IMG/VR virus record: IMGVR_UViG_3300043313_000329
From: an uncultured virus (IMG/VR IMGVR_UViG_3300043313_000329)
Lineage: Duplodnaviria; Heunggongvirae; Uroviricota; Caudoviricetes
Strand: one strand, 5' to 3'
DNA: 64,000 nucleotides
The notes beneath the pieces are model-generated. The model saw nothing but the letters and a program-made list of their open reading frames with translations, did not search any database and had not been told where the DNA came from. Below, piece after piece: positions 29,800 through 38,470 of this stretch. Numbering within the stretch: position 1 is the stretch's first letter; every line of letters starts with the position of its first letter. Made by a program: the position numbers and the translations under genes.

Positions 29800-30720
29800 A
29801 TGCGTACCGAGGATATCTGGAACTTTGCCCTGAAGCGGCACACCATCTACCTGAAGCGCGCAGCCGGGGCTCCCCCGGAAACGTGGACTACCGACCCCAT
29901 TCTGAAGACCTACCGGTTCTGCAACATGTACCGGGAGCTGGATACGGTGACTGACTGGTTGCGCCAATACTGGCGTGAGCCCTACGCTGACCACCCTGAC
30001 CTATGGCACGCCTTTGTGGTGGCCCGGCACGTCAACAACGTGCCCATGCTGCAAGCGCTGTACGGCCCGCTGTTGCCATGGGAACCTGACCGGTTCATTG
30101 CCACGGGCAAGTCACGTAAAGCCGCTGGTGAGCGTGTCTGGTCGGCTGCCTACATCATCGGCACACGCAACCCCGGTGACAAGTGTGAGTATATCGCTGA
30201 CAACGTGCTGACCCCGATGTGGGAAAAGCGTGAGCAGATCAGGCCCAAGCAGGGTGACACGCTGACCAGCTGGCACATGCAGCTGGGCCTATGGTTCGGC
30301 ATGGCCAGCTTCATGGCGGCGCAGGTGATAGCTGACATCAAGCATGCCACCCCGGCGCTGAAAGAAGCTGGCGACTGGCATACCTTCTGCGCCAGCGGCC
30401 CCGGCAGCCGCCGTGGGCTCAACCGCGTCTTTGAGCGGCCCATTAGCGCGCCGTGGCGTGAAGATGACTTCAGGCTGAAGCTGCTGGCCCTGCGGCGTGA
30501 TCTGGCGTCACTGTTTGCGGCTGAGGGCTGGGCGGTGCCTGACGCTCAGGACGTTCAGAACATGTTGTGTGAGTTTGACAAATACGAGCGTACAAGGTTG
30601 GGTGAGGGTAAGCCCAAGCAGTTGTTCAGGCACGGGGTGTTTGCCTCACGATTTGAGAAGGAACCGGGTTATGCCGCTGACCAAAAAAGGCAAGAAAATC
30701 AAGCGAGCCATGACGGCTGA
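29800..30720 (+). CDS. aGPT-Pplase1 (5-hmdU DNA kinase helical-domain family) thymine-hypermodification protein
   Basis: RHTIYLKR..G.P..WTTDPIL..YRFCNMYRELD, FMAAQVIAD, GPGSRRGL, QNMLCEFDKY motifs. Confidence 0.8.
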   Translation: MRTEDIWNFALKRHTIYLKRAAGAPPETWTTDPILKTYRFCNMYRELDTVTDWLRQYWREPYADHPDLWHAFVVARHVNNVPMLQALYGPLLPWEPDRFIATGKSRKAAGERVWSAAYIIGTRNPGDKCEYIADNVLTPMWEKREQIRPKQGDTLTSWHMQLGLWFGMASFMAAQVIADIKHATPALKEAGDWHTFCASGPGSRRGLNRVFERPISAPWREDDFRLKLLALRRDLASLFAAEGWAVPDAQDVQNMLCEFDKYERTRLGEGKPKQLFRHGVFASRFEKEPGYAADQKRQENQASHDG

Positions 30721-30805
30721 GTACGGCAAGAAAAAGGGTGCCCGCGTCTTCTACGCATCCATCAACAAGGGCACCATCAGGGGCGTCCACAAGCGCAAGA
30801 AATGA
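30671..30805 (+). CDS. Small basic phage protein
   Basis: MPLTKKGKKIKRAM..YGKKKG.RVFYAS.NKG; GAAGGA RBS; overlaps the upstream gene end. Confidence 0.6.
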   Translation: MPLTKKGKKIKRAMTAEYGKKKGARVFYASINKGTIRGVHKRKK

Positions 30806-30936
30806 AATACGACTGGGATGATGACGACCCACCGCCGATACGCGGGCTGGGCACATTCTGGTTTGGCGTGGTGGTTGGTGCTATGATGGAAGCCGGGCTG
30901 ATCCTGATAGTTTCATTCATATTGTGGGTATTGTGA
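30802..30936 (+). CDS. Small membrane protein
   Basis: ATGA overlap; single hydrophobic segment. Confidence 0.4.
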   Translation: MKYDWDDDDPPPIRGLGTFWFGVVVGAMMEAGLILIVSFILWVL

Positions 30937-30953
30937 TCTGGAAGGTTTATGCT

Positions 30954-31172
30954 GTGACCGACACGCTGTCTATCTGGACGGTCTACGACCACCCGCGTGA
31001 CTACCCGCACTGCTACGTGGCGCGGCAGTTCAGGGGCGAGCAGCCCACCAACAGCGTCATCATCAGCGCCGATCTAGAAAAACTGCGTGCAGTTTTGCTG
31101 GCAGAAATGGGCCTGACCCGGCTTGAGCGCAGCGCAGAGGATGACCCGGTGATTTTGGAGACGTGGCTGTGA
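30954..31172 (+). CDS. Hypothetical protein
   Basis: WTVYDHPRDYP..YVARQF..DDPVILETWL motif. Confidence 0.55.
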   Translation: MTDTLSIWTVYDHPRDYPHCYVARQFRGEQPTNSVIISADLEKLRAVLLAEMGLTRLERSAEDDPVILETWL

Positions 31173-31390
31173 CCGAAGATACTGAAGATATTCAGAACGA
31201 AATGCAGGCCACGCTGATGCTGATCCGCATCAGCCGCAAGATTGCGCGGCGGTTCAAGGTGTGCCCCATCTGCCTGATGTTCAACACCGCTGATATCGTT
31301 GCAGAGGCGCTTGAGGCAGGCCGCGTTGAGCATGGCGTGAATGATGATGGTGCTGACTGGGGCATAGAGCTAAGTCGCGCCACGCACTAA
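31169..31390 (+). CDS. Hypothetical protein
   Basis: GTGA overlap; CxxC. Confidence 0.45.
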   Translation: MTEDTEDIQNEMQATLMLIRISRKIARRFKVCPICLMFNTADIVAEALEAGRVEHGVNDDGADWGIELSRATH

Positions 31391-31396
31391 CATCCC

Positions 31397-31425
31397 TTTA
31401 CTTTCAACATCAACGAGGCTAAAAG
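31397..31425 (+). promoter_or_regulatory. Sigma70-like promoter
   Basis: TTTACT-N17-TAAAAG. Confidence 0.4.
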
Positions 31426-31453
31426 GGGACATCAATCAACCCTTTTGGAGCGT

Positions 31454-31789
31454 ATGATGTGGATTTGCCTTAATGATGGATTTGTCTCAATCGTGCAAGA
31501 CCCGGCCCGCGCCGGGCATATGCTGGTACGCGCCCGGCGCAAGGCGCATCTGACCAGACTGTTCCCCGGTAGAATGCCTATCAGCCGCACGCCGCAGCGT
31601 GACTACCGCTGGCGCGTCAGCGTGCCTGCCAGCATGATTGCGCAACTGGTGTGTGAGCGCATCAAGGCCATTGACTATGGCAACTTCAAAGACAGCGTGA
31701 AGGAGCCTAAGCTGCATGACATGTACAGTCTGTGGTGGCACGATCACCACAAGCTGCAAGGCACCAATTGGCGGATGAATGATGAATAA
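31454..31789 (+). CDS. Conserved hypothetical phage protein
   Basis: GGAG RBS; MWI..NDGFVSIV..LVRAR..IDYGNFKDSV motif. Confidence 0.65.
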   Translation: MMWICLNDGFVSIVQDPARAGHMLVRARRKAHLTRLFPGRMPISRTPQRDYRWRVSVPASMIAQLVCERIKAIDYGNFKDSVKEPKLHDMYSLWWHDHHKLQGTNWRMNDE

Positions 31790-31800
31790 GGAATTGAGCA

Positions 31801-31989
31801 ATGGCTCGTCGTATCAAGGTGCCCAACGGCACCCACAGCACTGCCGGGGTGGCAGCGTGGAAGGCGCGCAACCCGGATGCCGTCAAGCCGGTGCAGCCGG
31901 TCAAGAAGCTTGAGGGCATCACCCAGCAGGTGGTGCGCCGTGATCGTATTACATTGGCCCGGTTGAAGTTCATGGGTGAGAAGGATTAG
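31801..31989 (+). CDS. Small hypothetical protein
   Basis: AAGGA RBS; in operon. Confidence 0.45.
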   Translation: MARRIKVPNGTHSTAGVAAWKARNPDAVKPVQPVKKLEGITQQVVRRDRITLARLKFMGEKD

Positions 31990-32075
31990 GGTATGGCACG
32001 GCTGGGTCTGGCACGGTGCGGCTGGGTCTTGGTATGTCACGGTAGGGTAGGGATTTTTATCAAGCAGTGCATTTT

Positions 32076-32109
32076 ATCGCTTTACATGGCAGTCGCTTAC
32101 GCATATACG
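32076..32109 (+). promoter_or_regulatory. Sigma70-like promoter with ATCGC extension
   Basis: ATCGC-TTTACA-N17-TATACG; the same ATCGCTTTACA occurs at 51860-51870 and 54548-54558 on the minus strand. Confidence 0.6.
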
Positions 32110-32155
32110 AGATGTACCGGCGCGCTGGGTGTCCGGCACATTTTGAGGTTTTCAC

Positions 32156-33769
32156 ATGTCCACCACCAAAGTTTTTACCCCTTCCCCTGAACAAGCCGTG
32201 TTTCTTGACTGGATTGAGACGGGCAAGGGCTCTTGCGTTCTTGAGGCCGTTGCGGGCGCTGGCAAGACGACCACTTTGCTTGAAGGCGTCAAGCGCATGA
32301 AGGGTGAAGTTTTCCTCGGCGCGTACAACACGAAGATGGCCGCTGAGTTGAAGGCCAAGCTGGCCGCCATGGGCCTGCCCAACAAGGGCGCTGACGGCAA
32401 GAACGCCGCCACGTTCCATTCCGCTGGCATGTCTGCCCTGCGCAGCGCCAACAAGGCCATTCAGGTCAATGACAAGAAGGTGCGTGACATTGTTGACGGT
32501 CTGGTCAAGAGCCAGAGCGGCGTCTTTGCCGTGCGTGACGCTGCTGACGGTGAAGTCACTGCCATCTGCCAGTTGGTCGGTCTCGCCAAGCAGACGGGCT
32601 TTGGCGTTGACAATCTGGTGCCCAACGTCAAGCCCGCCTACTGGGTTGAACTGATCAACCGCCATGACGTGGCTGACCGCCTGCCCGATGACTACAACGT
32701 GGCTGATCTGGTGACCACCGCTGAGCGGGTGCTGGCGCTGAGCAACGCTGACCGTGACACCATTGACTTTGATGACATGTGCTACCTGCCCTTGCTGCGC
32801 CGCCTGCGCTTCTGGCCCAAAGACTGGGTGCTGATTGATGAAGCCCAAGACACCAACGCCGTGCGCCGTGAGATTGCGCGCAAGATGCTGCGCCCGCATA
32901 CCGGCCGCCTGATTGCCGTTGGTGACCCACATCAAGCGATCTTTGGGTTTACCGGCGCTGACAACCAGAGCCTTGATCTGATCCGCAAGCTGTTCAACGC
33001 CAGCACGCTGGCGCTGAGCGTTAGCTGGCGCTGCCCGTCTGCGGTGGTTGCGGTGGCGCGTGAGTACGTCAACCACATTCAGCCTGCCCCTACCGCGCCT
33101 GAGGGCGTGGTGCGCACGGCCACCTACCGCCAGATGGTTGACACCATTCAGCCCGGTCAGGCGGTGCTGTGCCGCACCAATGCGCCGCTGATTGAACTCT
33201 GCTTTCGCCTGATACGTGAAGGCAAGCCCGCCAAGATTGAGGGCAGGTCAATTGGTGACGGTCTGGTGGCGCTGGTTGGCCGCTGGAAGGTCAAGGGTCT
33301 TGATGCCTTTGAAGCCAAGCTGACCAAGTGGGATGCCCGTGAGCGCGCCAAGCTGGCCGCCGCTGCCAAGCAGGACGAGGCCAAGCTGGCCCGTCATGAA
33401 GACAAGCTGGCCACCATTCTGGTGCTGCTTGAGCGTGCCCGCGAGCGTGGCTTGCAGACGGTGGCTGAAATGCAGGCCATGGTTGAGGGCATGTTCGCTG
33501 ACACCGCTCTTGAGGGCCAGACGGCCAATCTGGTGGTGCTGAGCTCGGTTCATAAGAGCAAGGGGTTGGAGTGGCCGGTGGTGCACATTCTGGGCCGTGG
33601 CAACATCATGCCCAGCCCGCGCGCCAAGCAAGAGTGGCAGATCGAGCAGGAAATCAACCTCTGCTACGTGGCCGTGACGCGGGCGCAAGAGGTGCTGGTT
33701 GATGTGCCCATGCCCACGCCAGAAGACCTGAAGCCCACCCAGAAGCCGGTTGAAGGGGTGGCGGCATGA
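32156..33769 (+). CDS. UvrD/SF1 helicase 2
   Basis: AVAGAGKTT, ATFHS, IDEAQD, GDPHQAIFGFTGA, SWRCP, SVHKSKGLEW, YVAVTRA. Confidence 0.9.
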   Translation: MSTTKVFTPSPEQAVFLDWIETGKGSCVLEAVAGAGKTTTLLEGVKRMKGEVFLGAYNTKMAAELKAKLAAMGLPNKGADGKNAATFHSAGMSALRSANKAIQVNDKKVRDIVDGLVKSQSGVFAVRDAADGEVTAICQLVGLAKQTGFGVDNLVPNVKPAYWVELINRHDVADRLPDDYNVADLVTTAERVLALSNADRDTIDFDDMCYLPLLRRLRFWPKDWVLIDEAQDTNAVRREIARKMLRPHTGRLIAVGDPHQAIFGFTGADNQSLDLIRKLFNASTLALSVSWRCPSAVVAVAREYVNHIQPAPTAPEGVVRTATYRQMVDTIQPGQAVLCRTNAPLIELCFRLIREGKPAKIEGRSIGDGLVALVGRWKVKGLDAFEAKLTKWDARERAKLAAAAKQDEAKLARHEDKLATILVLLERARERGLQTVAEMQAMVEGMFADTALEGQTANLVVLSSVHKSKGLEWPVVHILGRGNIMPSPRAKQEWQIEQEINLCYVAVTRAQEVLVDVPMPTPEDLKPTQKPVEGVAA

Positions 33770-33942
33770 AAAGCAACTTCACCCACGCCCAAAGCCAGAG
33801 GATGACCACCGTTGAGGTGGTCATTCTGCTGACCGTCAGCTTTGGCTGCTGGTTTACCGATCACCGGGCGGTGGCCATAGTGGCCATGGCTTGGGCGGTA
33901 TTGTCACTGCACCTGCATTTCAGGCGGACCTACAAACCATGA
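33766..33942 (+). CDS. Small membrane protein
   Basis: ATGA overlaps at both ends; hydrophobic. Confidence 0.4.
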   Translation: MKSNFTHAQSQRMTTVEVVILLTVSFGCWFTDHRAVAIVAMAWAVLSLHLHFRRTYKP

Positions 33943-34226
33943 AGCCCGTCTGCCTGCCCTGCCAGAGGTTCTACCGCGTCAAGCGCAACGGCTACTACTT
34001 CATTGAGGGGATGCCCAGCATCTATGGCGCTCCGCCCGGTACAACGGTGCCTGAGGCGTGGCAGCCCTATAAGTTGTGGGTGGGTGACCTGTGGGTGTGC
34101 ATGGGCTGTGGCCACCAGACAGTGGCGGGCGTACCACCACGCCCCATAGCCGAGCATTATGAGCCAGACTTTGAACAGAAGGTGATCAACCATGGCGGAC
34201 CATTGGTTCAAATTAACGACTGCTGA
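33939..34226 (+). CDS. Zn-ribbon hypothetical protein
   Basis: CLPC...CMGC pairs. Confidence 0.5.
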   Translation: MKPVCLPCQRFYRVKRNGYYFIEGMPSIYGAPPGTTVPEAWQPYKLWVGDLWVCMGCGHQTVAGVPPRPIAEHYEPDFEQKVINHGGPLVQINDC

Positions 34227-34398
34227 GCGGGCCCGCGCCGAGCGCGCCGCCCACAAGTTCAGTGACACAATAGGCGGGCACGCCAGCAACTACCGCCAGA
34301 CCGTGCCGCCCATGGTGCACACCAACATCAACCCGGTCAGCGTCAAGACGGTGAGCGCTATGGGAAAATTGCTGGCGTCAGAACCTGAGGGAGATTAA
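34192..34398 (+). CDS. Hypothetical protein
   Basis: AAGGTG RBS; in operon. Confidence 0.4.
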   Translation: MADHWFKLTTAERARAERAAHKFSDTIGGHASNYRQTVPPMVHTNINPVSVKTVSAMGKLLASEPEGD

Positions 34399-34453
34399 GG
34401 TTGATCTTCTAGGGCCCGCCGTTGGTTGGTTGGTTGGCGGGCCCCGGAGGGGG

Positions 34454-34497
34454 CAGGCGGCCCACGGTTTTCAGCATTCCGTGGGCCGTCTGTTTAT
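34454..34497 (+). terminator. Terminator-like hairpin upstream of inositol-phosphate synthase
   Basis: CAGGCGGCCCACGG/CCGTGGGCCGTCTG 14-bp stem (one G-U) then TTTAT. Confidence 0.5.
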
Positions 34498-34527
34498 CAG
34501 AATGATCATCAAATTGAGAGGGCCTTT

Positions 34528-35610
34528 ATGCGGAAGATACGCGTTGCAATCGTAGGCGTGGGCAATTGCGCCAGCGCCCTGATCCAAGGTCTGGCCTATT
34601 ATGGCAAGACATCTGACAACTTCCCCAAGCCGGGCATGATCACGCCTGTGCTGGGTGGCTACGGCCCCGGCGACATTGAGGTGGTGGCAGGGTTTGACGT
34701 GGTTGACACCAAGGTGGGCATACCAGTCAATCAGGCCATCTGGGCCCGACCCAACAACACCATGCTGATCTACGATGATGACGTGCCTGACTGCGGCAAG
34801 GTCTACCGGGGGCCCACGCTTGATGGTTTGGGCAAGTACCTGCGCGAGATCGTAGGTGAAAGCATGCTATATGAGCCGGTGGAGGTGGAAGACATACTGG
34901 GCAACCTGCGGGTTGACGTGCTGGTCAACTATCTGCCGGTGGGATCAGAGGAAGCAGCCCGGCACTACGCCGGGGCGGCGCTGCGCGCCAAATGCGCGTT
35001 CGTCAACTGCATGCCCACGTTCATCGCCTCTGACACCTTCTGGGCTGAGAGCTTTGAGCGGGCCGGTGTGCCTATCATAGGGGATGACATCAAGTCACAG
35101 GTGGGCGCTACAATCGTGCACCGGGCGCTGGCCACGCTGATGCGTGAGCGCGGCGTTCAGCTGAAGCGCACCAGCCAGTTGAACGTGGGCGGCAACACCG
35201 ACTTCCTGAACATGCTTGAGCGCGACCGGCTGGTCAGCAAGAAGATCAGCAAGACGCAGGCCGTGACCAGCGTCATGGGCTTTCAGCTACCAGCTGAGGA
35301 CGTGCACATAGGCCCCAGCGACCACGTACCGTGGCTGGGTGACCGTAAGGTGGCGCACATACGATTGGAGGGTGAAGGCTTTGGCGGCGCGCCCATGAGC
35401 ATTGAACTGAAGCTTGAAGTATGGGATAGCCCCAACAGTGCGGGCGTGGTCATGGATGCCATACGCTGCGCCGCCGTGGCGCAAGACCGCAGTGAAGGCG
35501 GGCCGGTGCATGCGGCCAGCGCTTGGTACATGAAGTCACCGCCTGAGCAATATGACGACAGCGACGCCAACAACATGCTTGATGATTGGCTGAATGGAGA
35601 TTACGACTGA
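34528..35610 (+). CDS. ino1: myo-inositol-1-phosphate (inositol-3-phosphate) synthase
   Basis: IRVAIVGVGNCAS, NYLPVGSEEA, GDDIKSQVGATIVHR, QLNVGGNTDFLNM, SKKISKTQAV, GPSDHVPWL, VWDSPNSAG, MKSPP: full bacterial MIPS signature set. Confidence 0.95.
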   Translation: MRKIRVAIVGVGNCASALIQGLAYYGKTSDNFPKPGMITPVLGGYGPGDIEVVAGFDVVDTKVGIPVNQAIWARPNNTMLIYDDDVPDCGKVYRGPTLDGLGKYLREIVGESMLYEPVEVEDILGNLRVDVLVNYLPVGSEEAARHYAGAALRAKCAFVNCMPTFIASDTFWAESFERAGVPIIGDDIKSQVGATIVHRALATLMRERGVQLKRTSQLNVGGNTDFLNMLERDRLVSKKISKTQAVTSVMGFQLPAEDVHIGPSDHVPWLGDRKVAHIRLEGEGFGGAPMSIELKLEVWDSPNSAGVVMDAIRCAAVAQDRSEGGPVHAASAWYMKSPPEQYDDSDANNMLDDWLNGDYD

Positions 35611-35749
35611 TATTGAGGCGCGCCGCCCGAATCCCTTGATGGTCAAGACGGCGCGCCAATAGTCCGGTGGCAACCTTGCCTGTAAGGGCGACTAGACGGC
35701 TGAGCGGTGCTGGCAAACCCGGCGAGGGGGTGGAAGGCCCCCACCTTTT
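35611..35749 (+). ncRNA. Candidate structured RNA / leader
   Basis: Multi-stem intergenic region ending in GGT[GCTGG CAAAC CCGGC]GA[GGGGG TGGAAGG CCCCC]ACC-TTTT. Confidence 0.35.
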
Positions 35750-35761
35750 GAGGAGAGAAGA

Positions 35762-36772
35762 ATGAGCGCCATCAAACCAATTGAGAACGACCACGGTGCT
35801 GACTGGCACATGGACAAGTTCGTCAAGTTTGCCAAGGCCAAGGCGGCCATTGGTGAGCCTACCCCACACATGAGGGTTGTTGACTATTTGTGCCGCGACC
35901 TGCCCCTTGAGGAACAGACGTGGCGGGCCGGTTTATATTTAGCGGGCTACAGCGTGCTGACCGGGGAGGGCATCTGGAACAGCTGGTCATGGGACCGCTA
36001 CCAATCTGAGGGCCTTGGTCCGTTCACCATGTGGCTGAAGGACAACTGGAAGGGCGTGCACAAGCGCAAGCCGCGCCGCTGCCTGCCCACCTATCTCAAG
36101 TTTGCGGCCTGCGTGGATAGCTATGCCACATGGGCGGCTACTGGGTTCCCCCGGCTGCGCCAGACGCGCTGGGCGGACCCGCAGGTTGAGTACGATGAGT
36201 GGTGGCAGTCTGCGGATACCATCTACCAATTTGGCCGCTACATCAACATCAGGCTGCTGGAGCTCATGCGGCGGCGCGGCCACATGCAGGCCCATTTATA
36301 CGATATCCGTGCGGTAGGGGCCCACAGCCCCATCAGGTGCTTGATGCTCTTAAAACCGGACAGGGTGGCTGACCTGATGACCGGTGAGCAAGGTGTGGTC
36401 AATGAGATTGCCCAAGAGGTGAAGTCTGATCTGGGCATGGAGCTCAGTTATTTCCTGTACGCCACGCTGCTGTGCGAGTACCGCAGCGGCTATGAGAACG
36501 GCAAGGACTACGCGGGCAACCAGCATGATGAGGAGCTTGAATACAGCTACAGCCGCTACGCTGACCACTGGCGGGCCACCGGGCTACAGAGCCGCCTGTA
36601 TGAGGCGCGCGCGGCCATAGACCCGCATGAGTGCCTTGGTGAGATACAAGGCTGGCGCAAGCGCAGACTTGACGTTGCGGGGTGGTTGCGGACAAGGGGC
36701 ATTGTGTGGGATGATACCATATATGACTATCACATGTCGGTAAGAGCCAATGAACCGGTGGCAAGGATATGA
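35762..36772 (+). CDS. aGPT-Pplase2 / amino acid:DNA transferase (AADT)-like protein
   Basis: W..DNW....RKPRR, FGRY..IRLLE, TLLCEY, Y.G..HDE, AR....P.ECLGE..GW pattern matches this HhH-glycosylase-fold family as I recall it; GAGGAG RBS. Confidence 0.65.
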   Translation: MSAIKPIENDHGADWHMDKFVKFAKAKAAIGEPTPHMRVVDYLCRDLPLEEQTWRAGLYLAGYSVLTGEGIWNSWSWDRYQSEGLGPFTMWLKDNWKGVHKRKPRRCLPTYLKFAACVDSYATWAATGFPRLRQTRWADPQVEYDEWWQSADTIYQFGRYINIRLLELMRRRGHMQAHLYDIRAVGAHSPIRCLMLLKPDRVADLMTGEQGVVNEIAQEVKSDLGMELSYFLYATLLCEYRSGYENGKDYAGNQHDEELEYSYSRYADHWRATGLQSRLYEARAAIDPHECLGEIQGWRKRRLDVAGWLRTRGIVWDDTIYDYHMSVRANEPVARI

Positions 36773-36984
36773 ATAAAAGGTCTGGCATGTTTACCGGTGG
36801 CACATATAGGGCATTGACCGAGGTCAAGGGCATCACGTTTGAGCAACTTTATGGATTAGTGAAGGACCGCCTTCAGTGGGTTACCCAAAACAGTGACCAC
36901 GACGCGGTGTGTCAGGCGCTGTGCTGTGAGGTTGAAAAGGCCATGGGTATTTACCCGAATACCGGGGCAGGGGGACCAGAATGA
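36769..36984 (+). CDS. Hypothetical protein
   Basis: ATGA coupling on both sides. Confidence 0.55.
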   Translation: MNKRSGMFTGGTYRALTEVKGITFEQLYGLVKDRLQWVTQNSDHDAVCQALCCEVEKAMGIYPNTGAGGPE

Positions 36985-37427
36985 GCCGCGCTAGTGCCAA
37001 CACCATCATTGAGGGCAAGCTGTACCAGCGCGGCCACTTTCTGACGTGGCCCGCCGCGCAGAAGCAGAGGCTGTTCCGTGATACCGGTGTCACAATGGTT
37101 GTCAACCTGTGGTCTAAGGTGGACCCTGATCTGTCAACCGACGTGCAGGGCCGCATCTACCTGTGCTGGCTTTGTTCACCCAGCGCGGTGCCCGAAGACG
37201 CTGACCTGATGACTGAGATCGTAGCCAATCTGATCATGGCCGGGCACTGTGCCCTGATCCACTGTGAGGCGGGGCGCGGGCGCAGCGTGTGGTTCAGCGC
37301 GCGGGTGCTGGCGGTGGTCAACAGCCTGTCTGGCGCACAGGCTCTGGAACTGACCAAGTTTGCATGCCCCAGCTACAAGCTTAATCCACCACTGATCAAT
37401 GATTTGATGAGGTTCAGAAGTGAATGA
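36981..37427 (+). CDS. PTP/dual-specificity-fold phosphatase
   Basis: LYQRG, GVTMVVNL, LIHCEAGRGRS (CX5R) motif. Confidence 0.85.
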   Translation: MSRASANTIIEGKLYQRGHFLTWPAAQKQRLFRDTGVTMVVNLWSKVDPDLSTDVQGRIYLCWLCSPSAVPEDADLMTEIVANLIMAGHCALIHCEAGRGRSVWFSARVLAVVNSLSGAQALELTKFACPSYKLNPPLINDLMRFRSE

Positions 37428-37608
37428 GTTGATAGTTGCCGGTGAACGCGAGCAGGTGTACCTTGGTGACGGGCTCTACGCCAGCTTTGACGGCTACCAG
37501 ATATGGCTGCGCACGTCAGATGGCCGCAGCGTCACCAACAGCATAGCGCTTGAGCCTCAGGTGATGAAGGCGCTGAACGACTATGCCGCAAAGGTATTCC
37601 ATAAATGA
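37420..37608 (+). CDS. Small hypothetical protein
   Basis: YLGDGLYASFDGYQIWL..IALEP motif; coupled. Confidence 0.55.
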   Translation: MNELIVAGEREQVYLGDGLYASFDGYQIWLRTSDGRSVTNSIALEPQVMKALNDYAAKVFHK

Positions 37609-37889
37609 GCGTCATCCCTGAAAAGCTGCGACAAGCCTACCATAACGACCTGACCGACGTGCCGCTCCTGCTCGACGCGGCTGAGGAGATCGAGCAGTTG
37701 CAGACAGAGATAGAGCGGCTGAAGGAGACCAACCAGAAGCAGTACGACAAGGGCTACGCCCACGGGCTTGGGTTCGCGAAGCTGGAACGCAAAGCCAAAG
37801 GAAAGGCTCTGGCAAAATTTGTGATGACCGGGCGGGAGGGGGGATTGATGGCCTTTGACCCGGCTGACACTGACGTACCAACGGATTGA
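37605..37889 (+). CDS. Hypothetical protein
   Basis: AAEEIEQLQ.EIERL coiled coil; ATGA overlap. Confidence 0.5.
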   Translation: MSVIPEKLRQAYHNDLTDVPLLLDAAEEIEQLQTEIERLKETNQKQYDKGYAHGLGFAKLERKAKGKALAKFVMTGREGGLMAFDPADTDVPTD

Positions 37890-37891
37890 CC

Positions 37892-38470
37892 ATGGCCATA
37901 GTTCTGATCAGAGGCACAGGCGGCAGCGGCAAGACCTACATTGCTGAACGCGTGATCAACGCCATGGGCGGGCTGTACAAGGCCATGCCATTTGCGCTGG
38001 GGCCCGCCAACAAGCTGGGCATCCGCAAGACCGGGGGATACCGCTGGCTGTCTCCCCCGGTTACGGTGATGGGCCGCTACGAGACCCAGTGCGGCGGCTG
38101 TGACACCATAGGTGGCTGGTCGGGCGGGCCTGATGAGGTGTGCGCCAAGATCAGCGCTGAGGCGGCAGCGGGCCAGTCTGTGCTGTGGGAAGGCATTGCC
38201 GTCAGCAGCTACGGCCAGCAACGGTTGCTAGCCATGGGACCAGACTTGACAGTCATTCAATTGGACACCAGTCTTGATGAATGTGTGCGGTCAATCCAAG
38301 CAAGGCGTGCGGCCAAGGGCAACACCAAGCCGCTTGACCTGTACCATACCGAGCGTAAGCATAAGGCACTGTTCACCACCAGCCGCAGCAATCAGGCGGC
38401 GGGCATCAAGGTTGAGACACACAGCCGTGAGACGGCGCTGCCGCGTGTCAAGGAGTTGCTGGGGCTATGA
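37892..38470 (+). CDS. P-loop kinase, candidate 5-hmdU DNA kinase
   Basis: IRGTGGSGKT Walker A; GRYETQCGGCDTI; VLWEG; LDTSLDEC..I.ARR lid; resembles P-loop kinases of thymine-hypermodifying phages. Confidence 0.7.
   Translation: MAIVLIRGTGGSGKTYIAERVINAMGGLYKAMPFALGPANKLGIRKTGGYRWLSPPVTVMGRYETQCGGCDTIGGWSGGPDEVCAKISAEAAAGQSVLWEGIAVSSYGQQRLLAMGPDLTVIQLDTSLDECVRSIQARRAAKGNTKPLDLYHTERKHKALFTTSRSNQAAGIKVETHSRETALPRVKELLGL

Noticed and set aside
34528..35610. MIPS as host contamination or a lipid/mycothiol pathway gene
   Set aside because: It is embedded among phage genes with the same codon style, and no CDP-alcohol phosphotransferase, nucleotidyltransferase or glycosyltransferase is nearby. 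A stand-alone metabolic role is not excluded.
35611..35749. tRNA gene
   Set aside because: No anticodon arm, no TTCG T-loop and no 7-bp acceptor stem; kept only as a structured-RNA candidate.
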